Shown here in pieces: positions 55,660 through 64,000 of a stretch of DNA of 64,000 nt (the first letter of the stretch is position 1; each line of letters starts with the position of its first letter). Under the pieces are notes generated by a model that worked only from the letters and a program-made list of their open reading frames with translations, was not told where the DNA came from and did no database searches. Origin of the DNA: Candidatus Nomurabacteria bacterium (lineage in GTDB: Bacteria; Patescibacteriota; Minisyncoccia; Phycocordibacterales; UBA5272); the NCBI GenBank assembly GCA_028286645.1, contig JAQBRF010000004.1:408942-472941 (forward strand), written 5' to 3'. A program made the translations under genes and the position numbers.

Positions 55660-57453
55660 CTATGATTTCATCATATTTAGGAATGTATCATGTGAAATAT
55701 GCACCTTTCCTTCCCTTTCCATCTTTTTCTTTCCTTTTTTCTGCTTTTCGCGCAATTTCATCTTTCGAGTAATATCTCCTCCATAGAGATGCCCCGTCAC
55801 ATCTTTTTTCATCGGAGCAATAGCCCGAGATGCAATGATCTTTCCTTTCACATAAGCCTGTATCTTTACTCGAAACATTTCCCGAGGCAATATCTTTTCA
55901 AGTTTTTCTACAGCCTCTTCGGATTCTTCTTGGATGCGATATTCTGGGATTACCCTAGAAAAAGCCGCCACTCTTTCTTCCGCTATATAAATATCCATTC
56001 TGGTTACTTGAGCGGATTTCATTTCTCCTGGCTCATAAGCAATGGACGCATAACCACTAGATGCAGATTTTACTTCATTAAAGAAATTCCTCATGAGTTC
56101 TCTTAGCGGCATATTAAGATCCATTTTTATTCTGTCATGTCCCCAGTCCACCATATCTTTTACTTCTGCTTCGTGGTTTGGAAGGAGCTGCATAATTCCA
56201 CTTAAATAATCATTCGGAGTAATAATAGTGAGCACTATCCATGGCTCGCGCACAGAAACATATGCCCCATGGTCTGGAAAATGTATCGGAGTATAAACCA
56301 TTTCAATCTCGCCATTCTTCAAAGTTACTTCATAAGTAATAGATGGAGAAGTCACAATTAATTCTTGATTGAACTCTCTCCTTAACCTTTCTGTAACTAT
56401 TTCTAAGTGAAGCATTCCTAAAAAACCGGCACGAAATCCACGGCCTAGTGCACCTGATGACTCTTCTTCAAATGTAAGTGAGGAGTCAGATAACTTTAAT
56501 TTAAATAAGCTCGAACGAAGATCATCAAACTCATCTTGGCTTTCCGGATAAATAGAAGCAAAAACAATCGGCACTGGTTCAGCGTACCCAGGAAAAGCTG
56601 GGAGTGGGCGATTAGATGTGGTCACTGTATCTCCGACACGTGCGATACCTGGTTCTTTAATACCTGTAACAATATATCCGATTTCGCCGGCTTCAATGGT
56701 AGGCTTCATACTTTTCTCCGGAGAAAAGGTCCCAACTTCTCGCACTATAAATCTATGTTCAGATTGAACAAATAGTAATGAGTCATCGCGCTTGATGCTA
56801 CCGTCCAATACTCGCACATAAAGAATCACACCCATGTGGTTACTATATTCAAAATCAAAAATAAGAGCTCGCGTTTGATTTCCTTTCTTATCAACGTGCG
56901 CACTCTTCGGCTCTGGTACTCGTTTTATAACTTCTTCAATCAACTCTTTCACCCCCTCACCTGTTTTCCCCGAAACCGCTAAAATTTCATTAGGGTCACA
57001 TTTAATTAAATCGACTATTTCTTGCTTCACATCCTCTACATGCGACAGCGGGCTATCAATCTTCGTTACTACCGGAATAATCGTAAGGCCAGCCTCTAGT
57101 GCCATCTGAAGGGTCGTCATGGTCTGTGCCTGCACCCCTTGGGTAGAATCTACCAGAAGCAATGTCCCTTCCACTGCTTGAAGGGACCGTGAAACTTCAT
57201 ATGAAAAATCAATATGCCCTGGAGTGTCAATTAAATTCAAATTATACATTTTCCCATTTTGACTTTTGTATTCCATTCTAACCGGCGTCATCTTAATCGT
57301 AATCCCTCGCTCTCTTTCAAGTTCCATAGAATCGAGCACCTGATCTTTCATTTTTCTTTTATCCACCGTCTGAGTCACTTCTAAAAGCCTGTCTGCCAGA
57401 GTAGACTTTCCATGATCAATATGCGCGATAATTGAGAAATTGCGGATTTCCAT
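55660..57453 (-). CDS. lepA: elongation factor 4 (LepA)
   Basis: 597 aa. N-terminus IRNFSIIAHIDHGKSTLADRLL, G1-G5 GTPase motifs and LepA-specific C-terminal domain. Confidence 0.9.
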   Translation of the reverse strand: MEIRNFSIIAHIDHGKSTLADRLLEVTQTVDKRKMKDQVLDSMELERERGITIKMTPVRMEYKSQNGKMYNLNLIDTPGHIDFSYEVSRSLQAVEGTLLLVDSTQGVQAQTMTTLQMALEAGLTIIPVVTKIDSPLSHVEDVKQEIVDLIKCDPNEILAVSGKTGEGVKELIEEVIKRVPEPKSAHVDKKGNQTRALIFDFEYSNHMGVILYVRVLDGSIKRDDSLLFVQSEHRFIVREVGTFSPEKSMKPTIEAGEIGYIVTGIKEPGIARVGDTVTTSNRPLPAFPGYAEPVPIVFASIYPESQDEFDDLRSSLFKLKLSDSSLTFEEESSGALGRGFRAGFLGMLHLEIVTERLRREFNQELIVTSPSITYEVTLKNGEIEMVYTPIHFPDHGAYVSVREPWIVLTIITPNDYLSGIMQLLPNHEAEVKDMVDWGHDRIKMDLNMPLRELMRNFFNEVKSASSGYASIAYEPGEMKSAQVTRMDIYIAEERVAAFSRVIPEYRIQEESEEAVEKLEKILPREMFRVKIQAYVKGKIIASRAIAPMKKDVTGHLYGGDITRKMKLREKQKKGKKKMEREGKVHISHDTFLNMMKS

Positions 57454-57496
57454 AAAGTTCTTTTATATTACAGGAAATTCTTATATAAGTAAAAAT

Positions 57497-58774
57497 CTAC
57501 TTTAACCTCTTCCTTTGAAAGAAGAATAAGAGACAAACAATGAAAGAAATATTCATTGATATGATCCCATATGCCAAACTAATAAGACCAAGCCCTTGAG
57601 ATTTATAGTAAAAACATACCCCCACGGCAATTGCAGTAGATACTATATTTGAATAAAAAATGCTTTTAGTGTCCTTTGTAGCATTGAATGCTGCAATTGT
57701 ATACCACCCTAATGCATGAAGCGGCATGCTAATAATTATTAATCTAAGTATTGTAATAATGTCGACATTCCTAGGTGTTTTTCCATATAAGAGATTAACA
57801 ACTAGATGCGGGAAATAATAACAAAATCCTGCGAATAAAATGGCCAGAATGAATACTAATCCTGCATTATGAAAAAAAGTCTTTTTAAATCCGACGATAT
57901 CGCCTCTGTCTATATGATCTGCTAGACGTGGCAAACTCCCAGATGAAAAGCTCTGAGATATAACTGTAAGTCCGGCGTCAATTATCTTCTGAGCAAAAAG
58001 ATACACGGTGAGCGCCCCTGCACCGAATAGAGTTGCAAAGCCAGTAAAAAATAGGACGCGTATTTGATTAATTATAAATGATCCAGATCTTGGAACTGAA
58101 ATATGCAAATGTTCCTTAACGAATCCTATCGAAAAATGCTTACGAGTGATTTTGATCGGATGCTTAATAAAAGTAAATGATTGTAAACCGAGATGAAGAG
58201 CGGCACCTATAACTACTCCTATAATAATTCCCAATAATCCCATATGTGGATAAAGAGTTATGATAGAAATTATTATTGATACAGTATAAATAAGCGGAGC
58301 TGTGCAAAATAAAAGAAATTCATTTCTTGCTTGAGCTAAACAAGAAATCAAGGAAGAAAATCCTAATAATATAGGCTGAATTAACAATATCCTCGTAAAG
58401 AAAATATATTTATCTGTTTGGTCTGGTGTAAATCCTGGTACAAAAAATGATGCATAGAAAGGAAGCGTAACAAAAACGATTCCACATATTATAATCATCA
58501 TCATTCCAAAAAAATAAAAGAGCGAATTAAACCTCATTGAAAGTTCTTCTTTATTATTAGAACTTATAGATTTAGATATAAATGGAATAACAGTTCCCGC
58601 CGCCGCAAAAGACAGCATTATCCCTAAGGCCAGGTCTGGAATGCGAAAAGAGGCGTTATATATATCCAGAAGTTGTCCCACCCCGACATTTTGTGCTAAT
58701 AATCTATCTCTTAAAATGCCAAGGAGTTGTGCAATTACTGCAAAAGAAGCAATTATGAAAGAGTATCTAAACAT
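57497..58774 (-). CDS. MurJ/MviN-like lipid II flippase (MOP superfamily), short
   Basis: 425-aa polytopic protein. N-terminal LGILRDRLLAQNVGVGQLLDIYNASFRIPDL matches the MurJ signature (LGF.RD....FG.....DAF..AF.IPNL). Confidence 0.5.
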   Translation of the reverse strand: MFRYSFIIASFAVIAQLLGILRDRLLAQNVGVGQLLDIYNASFRIPDLALGIMLSFAAAGTVIPFISKSISSNNKEELSMRFNSLFYFFGMMMIIICGIVFVTLPFYASFFVPGFTPDQTDKYIFFTRILLIQPILLGFSSLISCLAQARNEFLLFCTAPLIYTVSIIISIITLYPHMGLLGIIIGVVIGAALHLGLQSFTFIKHPIKITRKHFSIGFVKEHLHISVPRSGSFIINQIRVLFFTGFATLFGAGALTVYLFAQKIIDAGLTVISQSFSSGSLPRLADHIDRGDIVGFKKTFFHNAGLVFILAILFAGFCYYFPHLVVNLLYGKTPRNVDIITILRLIIISMPLHALGWYTIAAFNATKDTKSIFYSNIVSTAIAVGVCFYYKSQGLGLISLAYGIISMNISFIVCLLFFFQRKRLK

Positions 58775-58845
58775 AAAATTATACTATCATATTTAAAGAA
58801 AAAGAACTCCTTTCGGAGTTCTTTTTCATATTTGTGGTTCTACCT

Positions 58846-59170
58846 ATAAGCCGGATTCTGTCTTCACTTGCGTGATGTGTAATCATTTATCTGGGATGAC
58901 TGTTACCAATCACCTCAAGCGGCACTCCTGTATTACTACAGGCACGGCCTTGCACACATGTAAGGATTTAGCCGTTTCAATCATGCGTTACCGCATGCAT
59001 CATCCGCATTACTGCGGAGTTCTTTGCTTTCGCTTGGAACGTCTCTGCTCGCACCTCTTAGATTGCTCTAGACGGGTGTTACCCGCTACAATTGAACAAT
59101 TAAATGTTCTGTGTGTCCGGACTTTCCTCCCTGATTGCTCAGAGCAATTACCCAGTAGAACCTCTTTAGA
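58846..59170 (-). ncRNA. rnpB: RNase P RNA (bacterial type)
   Basis: Minus-strand GGAGGAAAGTCCGGACAC (P4 5' strand) and GACAGAATCCGGCTTAT (P4 3' strand). P1 pairing GGTTCTACT/AGGTAGAACC. Promoter TTGTCA-N16-TAATCT upstream. Confidence 0.75.
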
Positions 59171-59225
59171 TTAGCATTTTATTAGCATATTGACAATGTC
59201 GATATAAATGATATGATACAAGAGC

Positions 59226-59346
59226 GGGCTTTCTAGTCAGCTCGTGGAATGTGGTGGCGAATGGTCCACCCCCTAAAAGGTGAGATACCTTAAGTGAGTA
59301 TCTCCGACCTCTTACCGTTTATCGTCTACTAGAGACGATTAGGTAG
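59226..59346 (+). ncRNA. candidate ~120-nt small RNA of unknown class, divergent from rnpB
   Basis: TTGACA(59192-59197)-N16-TATGAT promoter. Ends in nested hairpin GACCTCTTACC...CGTCT-ACTAG-AGACG...GGTAGAGGTC + T6. No ORF with RBS. Confidence 0.3.
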
Positions 59347-59355
59347 AGGTCTTTT

Positions 59356-59883
59356 TTATTCCCCAATCTTCACTTTCGATCCTAAATACACACCATATTT
59401 GTCAGACATCCCCGCCGCTATTTCTAATACATAACTTGCGTCAATTGTGTTTACAAAAGTCTGAGGATTGCTCCTCGGAGCAACACCACTATATGACTCA
59501 GGTGTAACATTTCTCTCAATATGCACGACTACTCCATTTTGATTAATCCAAATTATATCTAAAGAAAAGAGCATATCCTTCATCCAAAAACCATATTTAC
59601 CTGGATAATCGAATATAAATAACATTCCTTCATTTTCTCGGAGTCCCGCCCTCCCAGATAATCCTAACTCGCGTGAAGCGGGAGTATCGGCCACTTCTGC
59701 AACAATGGCCCCTTGCGGTAGCGTTATAGTTACATCATGCCTTACGAATTTATTTATTACTTCAGCATTACAATTTTTCTCTAAAAAACATTTATTACCG
59801 AACCATCCGCTGGTAATTAAAAGAATTAAAAACGCGACAGCAAGTCCGATTTTTTCATTTTTTGAGAATTTTATTTTACGCAT
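59356..59883 (-). CDS. DUF192-family (COG1430) secreted protein
   Basis: Signal peptide, then A.V.TP.SRELGLSGRAGL..NEGMLFIFD......FWMKDMLFSLDIIWIN..GVVV typical of DUF192. Confidence 0.65.
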   Translation of the reverse strand: MRKIKFSKNEKIGLAVAFLILLITSGWFGNKCFLEKNCNAEVINKFVRHDVTITLPQGAIVAEVADTPASRELGLSGRAGLRENEGMLFIFDYPGKYGFWMKDMLFSLDIIWINQNGVVVHIERNVTPESYSGVAPRSNPQTFVNTIDASYVLEIAAGMSDKYGVYLGSKVKIGE

Positions 59884-59884
59884 A

Positions 59885-60433
59885 TTATTTAGATTTATTT
59901 AATTTTTCTAATGCCTCTATCGCCGGGCGCACTACCACATGCTTATTGCGTATACTCTCTGGCGTTTTTTCATATTTTTCTAAATAAGGCACAGCTCTTT
60001 GATCTCCTAAATTCCCTAAAGCTTCTATATAAATCCATTTGTCCATAATATTTAAAGTAGATTCCAAAAGTTCTAATATCTTAACGAATGATTTTTTGCT
60101 TTGCATAAACCCAAGCGCCATTGCCGCATACTCGCGAGTCCGATCATTTTTACTATCTAATGCTTTTATGAGTGCGTCTTCTGCTTCTATTCCGACTTTT
60201 CCTAAAATCTTCGCGACTGAGATGCGGCGGCGCCAATATTCATCGCTCGCTTCTTCGGAGTCTTCCGTAAGTTCTTCATCTTTTAACTTATCTAATTCAT
60301 GTATAAGATAATGTACTTCATTTGAGCCCGCCAACTGTGCTATACGCTCAATTTTATCTTCTGGTATCACTTCCCAAGTATTATCATTTACTATTTCTTC
60401 CCAAAGCTCTTCAAATTCTTTATCTATTTGCAT
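59885..60433 (-). CDS. HEAT-repeat protein
   Basis: Repeated ...A...LG.IG...A...L...L.D.N..VR..A..AL helices (PBS-lyase HEAT-like). Confidence 0.5.
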   Translation of the reverse strand: MQIDKEFEELWEEIVNDNTWEVIPEDKIERIAQLAGSNEVHYLIHELDKLKDEELTEDSEEASDEYWRRRISVAKILGKVGIEAEDALIKALDSKNDRTREYAAMALGFMQSKKSFVKILELLESTLNIMDKWIYIEALGNLGDQRAVPYLEKYEKTPESIRNKHVVVRPAIEALEKLNKSK

Positions 60434-60463
60434 TATAAATCAGAGTATACCTAAAATCAAAGC

Positions 60464-62251
60464 TTAAGACTTTCTTCCTGACTTTGCGCGATCTGTTTCG
60501 GTCAATAATTGTTTGCGTAGACGAACTGATTTCGGTGTTACTTCCAAATATTCATCGGCATTCATGATTTCTAGGCCTCTTTCAATACTAATTTCCCACG
60601 CAGGAACTAGGGTGATAGCTTCGTCAGCACCGGATGATCTCATGTTTGATAACTGCTTTCCTTTTGTAGGATTCACCATCATTTCTTCGCCTTTTGAAGT
60701 ATTTCCTATAACCATTCCTTCATAAACTTCTGTGTTCGGTAAAATATAAATAACTCCACGATCTTGTAAATTCCAAAGTGAAAAGGCAAGCGCTTTACCA
60801 GCAGCCATTGATGTCATAGATCCCACGAGGCGTCTTTGAATAGTTCCGGCATATGGTCCAAACTTTGAAAATCTTGCAGATAAAATTCCAAGACCTTTAG
60901 TATCAATAACGAACTCCCCTCTGTAACCCAAAAGCCCGCGTGTAGGGATCTCAGCTTTAATTCTGTTAACACCATGCTTTTCTGACATATCAGTAATCAT
61001 CGCTTTTCTCCTTCCGATCTTTTCAATAACTGCTCCTGAATATTCAACTGGCACATCTATGACCAATTCTTCATATGGTTCTTCTTTTACTCCATCTTTT
61101 TCATGGAAGATTACTTGTGGCTGAGATACCTGAAGCTCATAGCCTTCTCTTCGCATAGTTTCTAGTAGAACTCCGATGTGAAGCTCCCCTCGTCCGTAAA
61201 CTAAATATTTATCAGTCTCAAAATTAACTTTCAAACCGACATTTATTTCAAGTTCTTTTTCTAGTCGGTCGCGGATTTGGCGTCCCGTGACAAACTTACC
61301 TTCCTTACCAGCAAATGGAGAATCGTTCACCAAAAAGTGTAGTGCGATTGTCGGCTCATCGATATGAATTGCTTCCTTCGGATCTTGATCAGCATTTTTC
61401 ACGAATGTTTCACCGATATAAATATCAGGAAATCCTGCAATCATAGCAATATCTCCCGCTTCCGCAGTCTGCACATCCACTCGTTCAATTCCATTAAATG
61501 TATAAATCTTTGTAATCCTTCCTTTTCTGGTTTCGCCAGTTGGTTTCTTTACTATAATTTCTTCTCCGACTTTTGCGACACCGTCATAAATACGAGCAAT
61601 AGCCATACGTCCTAAGAAATTATCATATGCTAGATTAAAAACTTGAGCAGAAAATGGATTATTTATGTCCCCAGTTGCCTTCGGAACTTTCTCTAAAATC
61701 ATATCAAGAAGAGGCGTAAGATCTTTCTTTTCATCTTCTAAATTTTTCATTGCGACTCCCTGGCGTCCGATAGCATAAACCGTTGCGAAGTCTAATTGTT
61801 CATCGTTAGCTCCAAGCTCCATGAATAATTCAAATACTTCGTCATGAACTTTTTTCGGATCAGCTGCCGGCTTATCTATTTTATTGATTACAACAATTGG
61901 TTTAAGACCGAGCTCTAGAGATTTTTTAAGTACAAATCTTGTCTGAGGCATTGGACCTTCTTGAGCGTCAACAACGAGAAGAACCGAGTCGATAGATCGA
62001 AGTACGCGCTCTACTTCTGAACCGAAATCCGCGTGCCCTGGAGTATCTAGGATGTTAATCTTTACTCCTTTATATGGAACGGATGTATTCTTGGCTGTAA
62101 TAGTAATACCGCGTTCCTGCTCCATAGGATTTGAGTCCATGGTCTGACCTTCCTTCCCTACCCCGCACTGCTTCATAAGCCCGTCGGTTAGAGTTGTCTT
62201 TCCATGGTCCACATGGGCGATAATAGCGATGTTTCTAATTTCTTGTTGCAT
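60464..62251 (-). CDS. typA: translational GTPase TypA/BipA
   Basis: 595 aa. [22 protein letters not shown]-like domains II-V, BipA-specific C-terminus. Confidence 0.9.
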   Translation of the reverse strand: MQQEIRNIAIIAHVDHGKTTLTDGLMKQCGVGKEGQTMDSNPMEQERGITITAKNTSVPYKGVKINILDTPGHADFGSEVERVLRSIDSVLLVVDAQEGPMPQTRFVLKKSLELGLKPIVVINKIDKPAADPKKVHDEVFELFMELGANDEQLDFATVYAIGRQGVAMKNLEDEKKDLTPLLDMILEKVPKATGDINNPFSAQVFNLAYDNFLGRMAIARIYDGVAKVGEEIIVKKPTGETRKGRITKIYTFNGIERVDVQTAEAGDIAMIAGFPDIYIGETFVKNADQDPKEAIHIDEPTIALHFLVNDSPFAGKEGKFVTGRQIRDRLEKELEINVGLKVNFETDKYLVYGRGELHIGVLLETMRREGYELQVSQPQVIFHEKDGVKEEPYEELVIDVPVEYSGAVIEKIGRRKAMITDMSEKHGVNRIKAEIPTRGLLGYRGEFVIDTKGLGILSARFSKFGPYAGTIQRRLVGSMTSMAAGKALAFSLWNLQDRGVIYILPNTEVYEGMVIGNTSKGEEMMVNPTKGKQLSNMRSSGADEAITLVPAWEISIERGLEIMNADEYLEVTPKSVRLRKQLLTETDRAKSGRKS

Positions 62252-62373
62252 AAAATATGAATAGAAAACCGGCTCGAGAACGGCTCGTAGCCGGAATTCT
62301 TAATGCGAAAATTATAACACAAAAGGCTGTTTTGCACTAGTAAAAAGAAATCGGCATTTCTGCCGATAGTTCC

Positions 62374-62703
62374 TCATGTTTTCACTCTGAAGCGGGGGCG
62401 CCCGTCATACTCTATGAACTGACCACCCATGAACGCCCCAACATCTTCTCTCCGGGTTTTTGTGCGTTGAATTTCGAGAAGACCTTGGCGGACCATCTGA
62501 AACAGACCATGAAGGAACTTTCGTTTGTCTCCTTCATACTCCTCATCACAGATATCTCCAGGGATAACCCAAGCCTTCTTTTCCCCTTCTTTGGGCCAAT
62601 AATGTTTGCGTGAAGGAAGTCGAAGATCCCCTGCTTCGTTGATGGCTTGCATGATTTCTTCATCGCTTGAACGATGATTTACTGCCTTTTTTATGCGAAG
62701 CAT
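62374..62703 (-). CDS. hypothetical protein
   Basis: 109-aa ORF with moderately elevated GC. Confidence 0.35.
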   Translation of the reverse strand: MLRIKKAVNHRSSDEEIMQAINEAGDLRLPSRKHYWPKEGEKKAWVIPGDICDEEYEGDKRKFLHGLFQMVRQGLLEIQRTKTRREDVGAFMGGQFIEYDGRPRFRVKT

Positions 62704-62759
62704 AAAGCACCCCCAATGATCATATGACCTTATACTACCCCGCCCTAAAAATTTAGCAA

Positions 62760-64000
62760 CTACTTACCGATTAACTCCTTAAGAAACGCTTTCTGATTTG
62801 GCTTCCTCCCTAAGAAATTCGTAATTAACTTTATTTCATCCTCTGATGATCCTTTTTCAAGAACTTCCTTTCTCCATTTCATTCCAATTTCTTTATTTGT
62901 CATTACGCTTTTATTTCCTTTTGTTTTAAAACTCTCAAATGCGTCTATTGCATAAACCAGCGCCCAAAGATATGAGTAGTATCCTGCGTCATATCCGACT
63001 AAGTGCCCGAAGCCAGCTGGAAATAACGTTTCTTTTTCTGGCAGGTCAATATTTAAATACATCTTGTTCATTTTTCTCCAGGCTTCTGTTACATTTTTTA
63101 TTTTGCCCGTATGAAGATCCATATCGAGTTTACCGTGCATAATCTGACGCATGTTGGCGCTCCCTTCCTGGAAGCTTCTTCCTTTTACCATTCTTTCTAT
63201 CATGTCCTTTGGCATTTTCTTTCCAGTAATATAATGCTTAGAAAATCTCTCCATTACTTTCGGATCCCAAATCCAATTTTCCATAATTTGTGATGGTGTC
63301 TCTACGAAGTCCCAGGCTACGTTCGCCCCTGCTTGGCTTTCGAGTCTTGCGCGTGAAAGCGTCATATGCAAACAGTGTCCGAATTCATGGAACAAGGTTT
63401 CTACATCTCTTATCGAAAGAAGAGATGGCGACTTCTTAGATGGAGCTGGGAAATTACATACCATAGACGAATACGGCGCGATATATTCTTCAGATCCATA
63501 TTCCTTCTCATGAGGAATAACTACGTCATGCATAGCCGCATGGCCATTTTTCCCAACTCTCGGGAAAAGATCCATCGAAAAATACCCGATTAGATCTCCA
63601 TTTTTATCATTTACTTGATATGACTTCGCGTCCTTATGCCAAAGCTTTATATTGTATTCTTTAATTGAAATAGAAAATAATTCTCCAAACATTTTAAACA
63701 TTTCAGTTCTCACATGTTCAAGCGGGAAATATGACATTATAACTTCAGGGTCCACATCATATAGCTTCTTTTTCAATTGAGTATTCAAATACGCCATATC
63801 ATAAAACTCCATCTTTTTTATTCCCATGCTTTTACCGAATTCGGTTAATTGCTGTATATCTTTTTTGGCTAGCGGAACGATGTCCTTCTCTAAAGACTTT
63901 TGGAAATCTTCCACAGTCTTTCCCGTCTTTGCCATTCTATTTTCTGTACGAAAATCCGCATGATGCTTATACCCTAGGATGGTGGCAATTTCATGACGGA
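62760..64000 (-). CDS. M3-family oligoendopeptidase (PepF-like), 5' end beyond window
   Basis: Zinc motif HEFGHCLH and downstream Glu. Reading frame stays open to the window edge, so the N-terminus is outside. Confidence 0.75.
   Translation of the reverse strand, partial: RHEIATILGYKHHADFRTENRMAKTGKTVEDFQKSLEKDIVPLAKKDIQQLTEFGKSMGIKKMEFYDMAYLNTQLKKKLYDVDPEVIMSYFPLEHVRTEMFKMFGELFSISIKEYNIKLWHKDAKSYQVNDKNGDLIGYFSMDLFPRVGKNGHAAMHDVVIPHEKEYGSEEYIAPYSSMVCNFPAPSKKSPSLLSIRDVETLFHEFGHCLHMTLSRARLESQAGANVAWDFVETPSQIMENWIWDPKVMERFSKHYITGKKMPKDMIERMVKGRSFQEGSANMRQIMHGKLDMDLHTGKIKNVTEAWRKMNKMYLNIDLPEKETLFPAGFGHLVGYDAGYYSYLWALVYAIDAFESFKTKGNKSVMTNKEIGMKWRKEVLEKGSSEDEIKLITNFLGRKPNQKAFLKELIGK

Noticed and set aside
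58872-59174. 100-aa plus-strand ORF
   Set aside because: It lies antisense to RNase P RNA, whose conserved P4 motifs are clear on the minus strand.
39265-59346. SRP RNA (4.5S) identity for either candidate small RNA (39265..39428 or 59226..59346)
   Set aside because: Neither shows the conserved helix-8 signature (AGG...GNRA...AGCAGC). They are left as unassigned candidates.

Overview
This is a low-GC (roughly 33-38% by eye) bacterial chromosomal segment with densely packed, mostly minus-strand genes. Small genes, near-leaderless starts and a large type IV pilus/competence cluster suggest a small, reduced genome, possibly a Patescibacteria/CPR-like lineage. That taxonomic call is inference only. 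TAG, TAA and TGA are all used as stops, so the standard code applies.

Recognisable core genes:
- gatCA, ligA, secA, valS, lepA and typA.
- A type IV pilus locus at 4.4-17.4 kb: pilM/N/O-like, pilB, pilT, pilC, two pilA paralogs, pilD and three or four minor pilins, with comFC adjacent.
- mscL, an Hsp20, a glutaredoxin-like protein, a SET-domain protein, four NUDIX hydrolases and a CYTH protein, a PAP2 phosphatase and an EVE-domain protein.
- An M3 peptidase cut by the window edge.
- RNase P RNA and four tRNAs: Ser-GCU, Glu-CUC, Arg-CCU and Phe-GAA.

The most interesting part is an accessory hot-spot at about 19.9-30.6 kb, and there are smaller GC-rich islets elsewhere:
- (i) Three direct copies of the last ~50-65 bp of a VOC/glyoxalase gene flank small GC-rich cassettes. 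This is the signature of repeated site-specific insertion into the 3' end of that gene. The host gene itself now carries an in-frame TAG.
- (ii) A four-gene GC-rich array in which every small ORF is followed by an almost identical module: a GC hairpin terminator, then TTGCTT-N17-TAGGTT, then GGGGGAA. Two copies are 67/67 identical.
- (iii) Next to these sits a two-gene operon of a 497-aa P-loop NTPase and a small membrane protein.
- (iv) A GC-rich foreign gene plus a MITE-like 116-bp inverted-repeat element lie inside the pilus cluster between pilB and pilT. A second copy of the MITE-like element sits next to another GC-rich gene at 47.6 kb.

Other structures not explained by genes:
- A ~170-bp element conserved downstream of two different tRNAs. 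Its hairpins show compensatory base changes.
- A tandem-heptad (TCTAAnn)x5-6 motif abutting the start codons of pilT, valS and an ASCH gene.
- Divergent promoters sharing a palindromic -35 between rnpB and an unassigned ~130-nt transcript.
- A further candidate ncRNA.

No CRISPR array and no recognisable integrase or transposase gene is present in the window.
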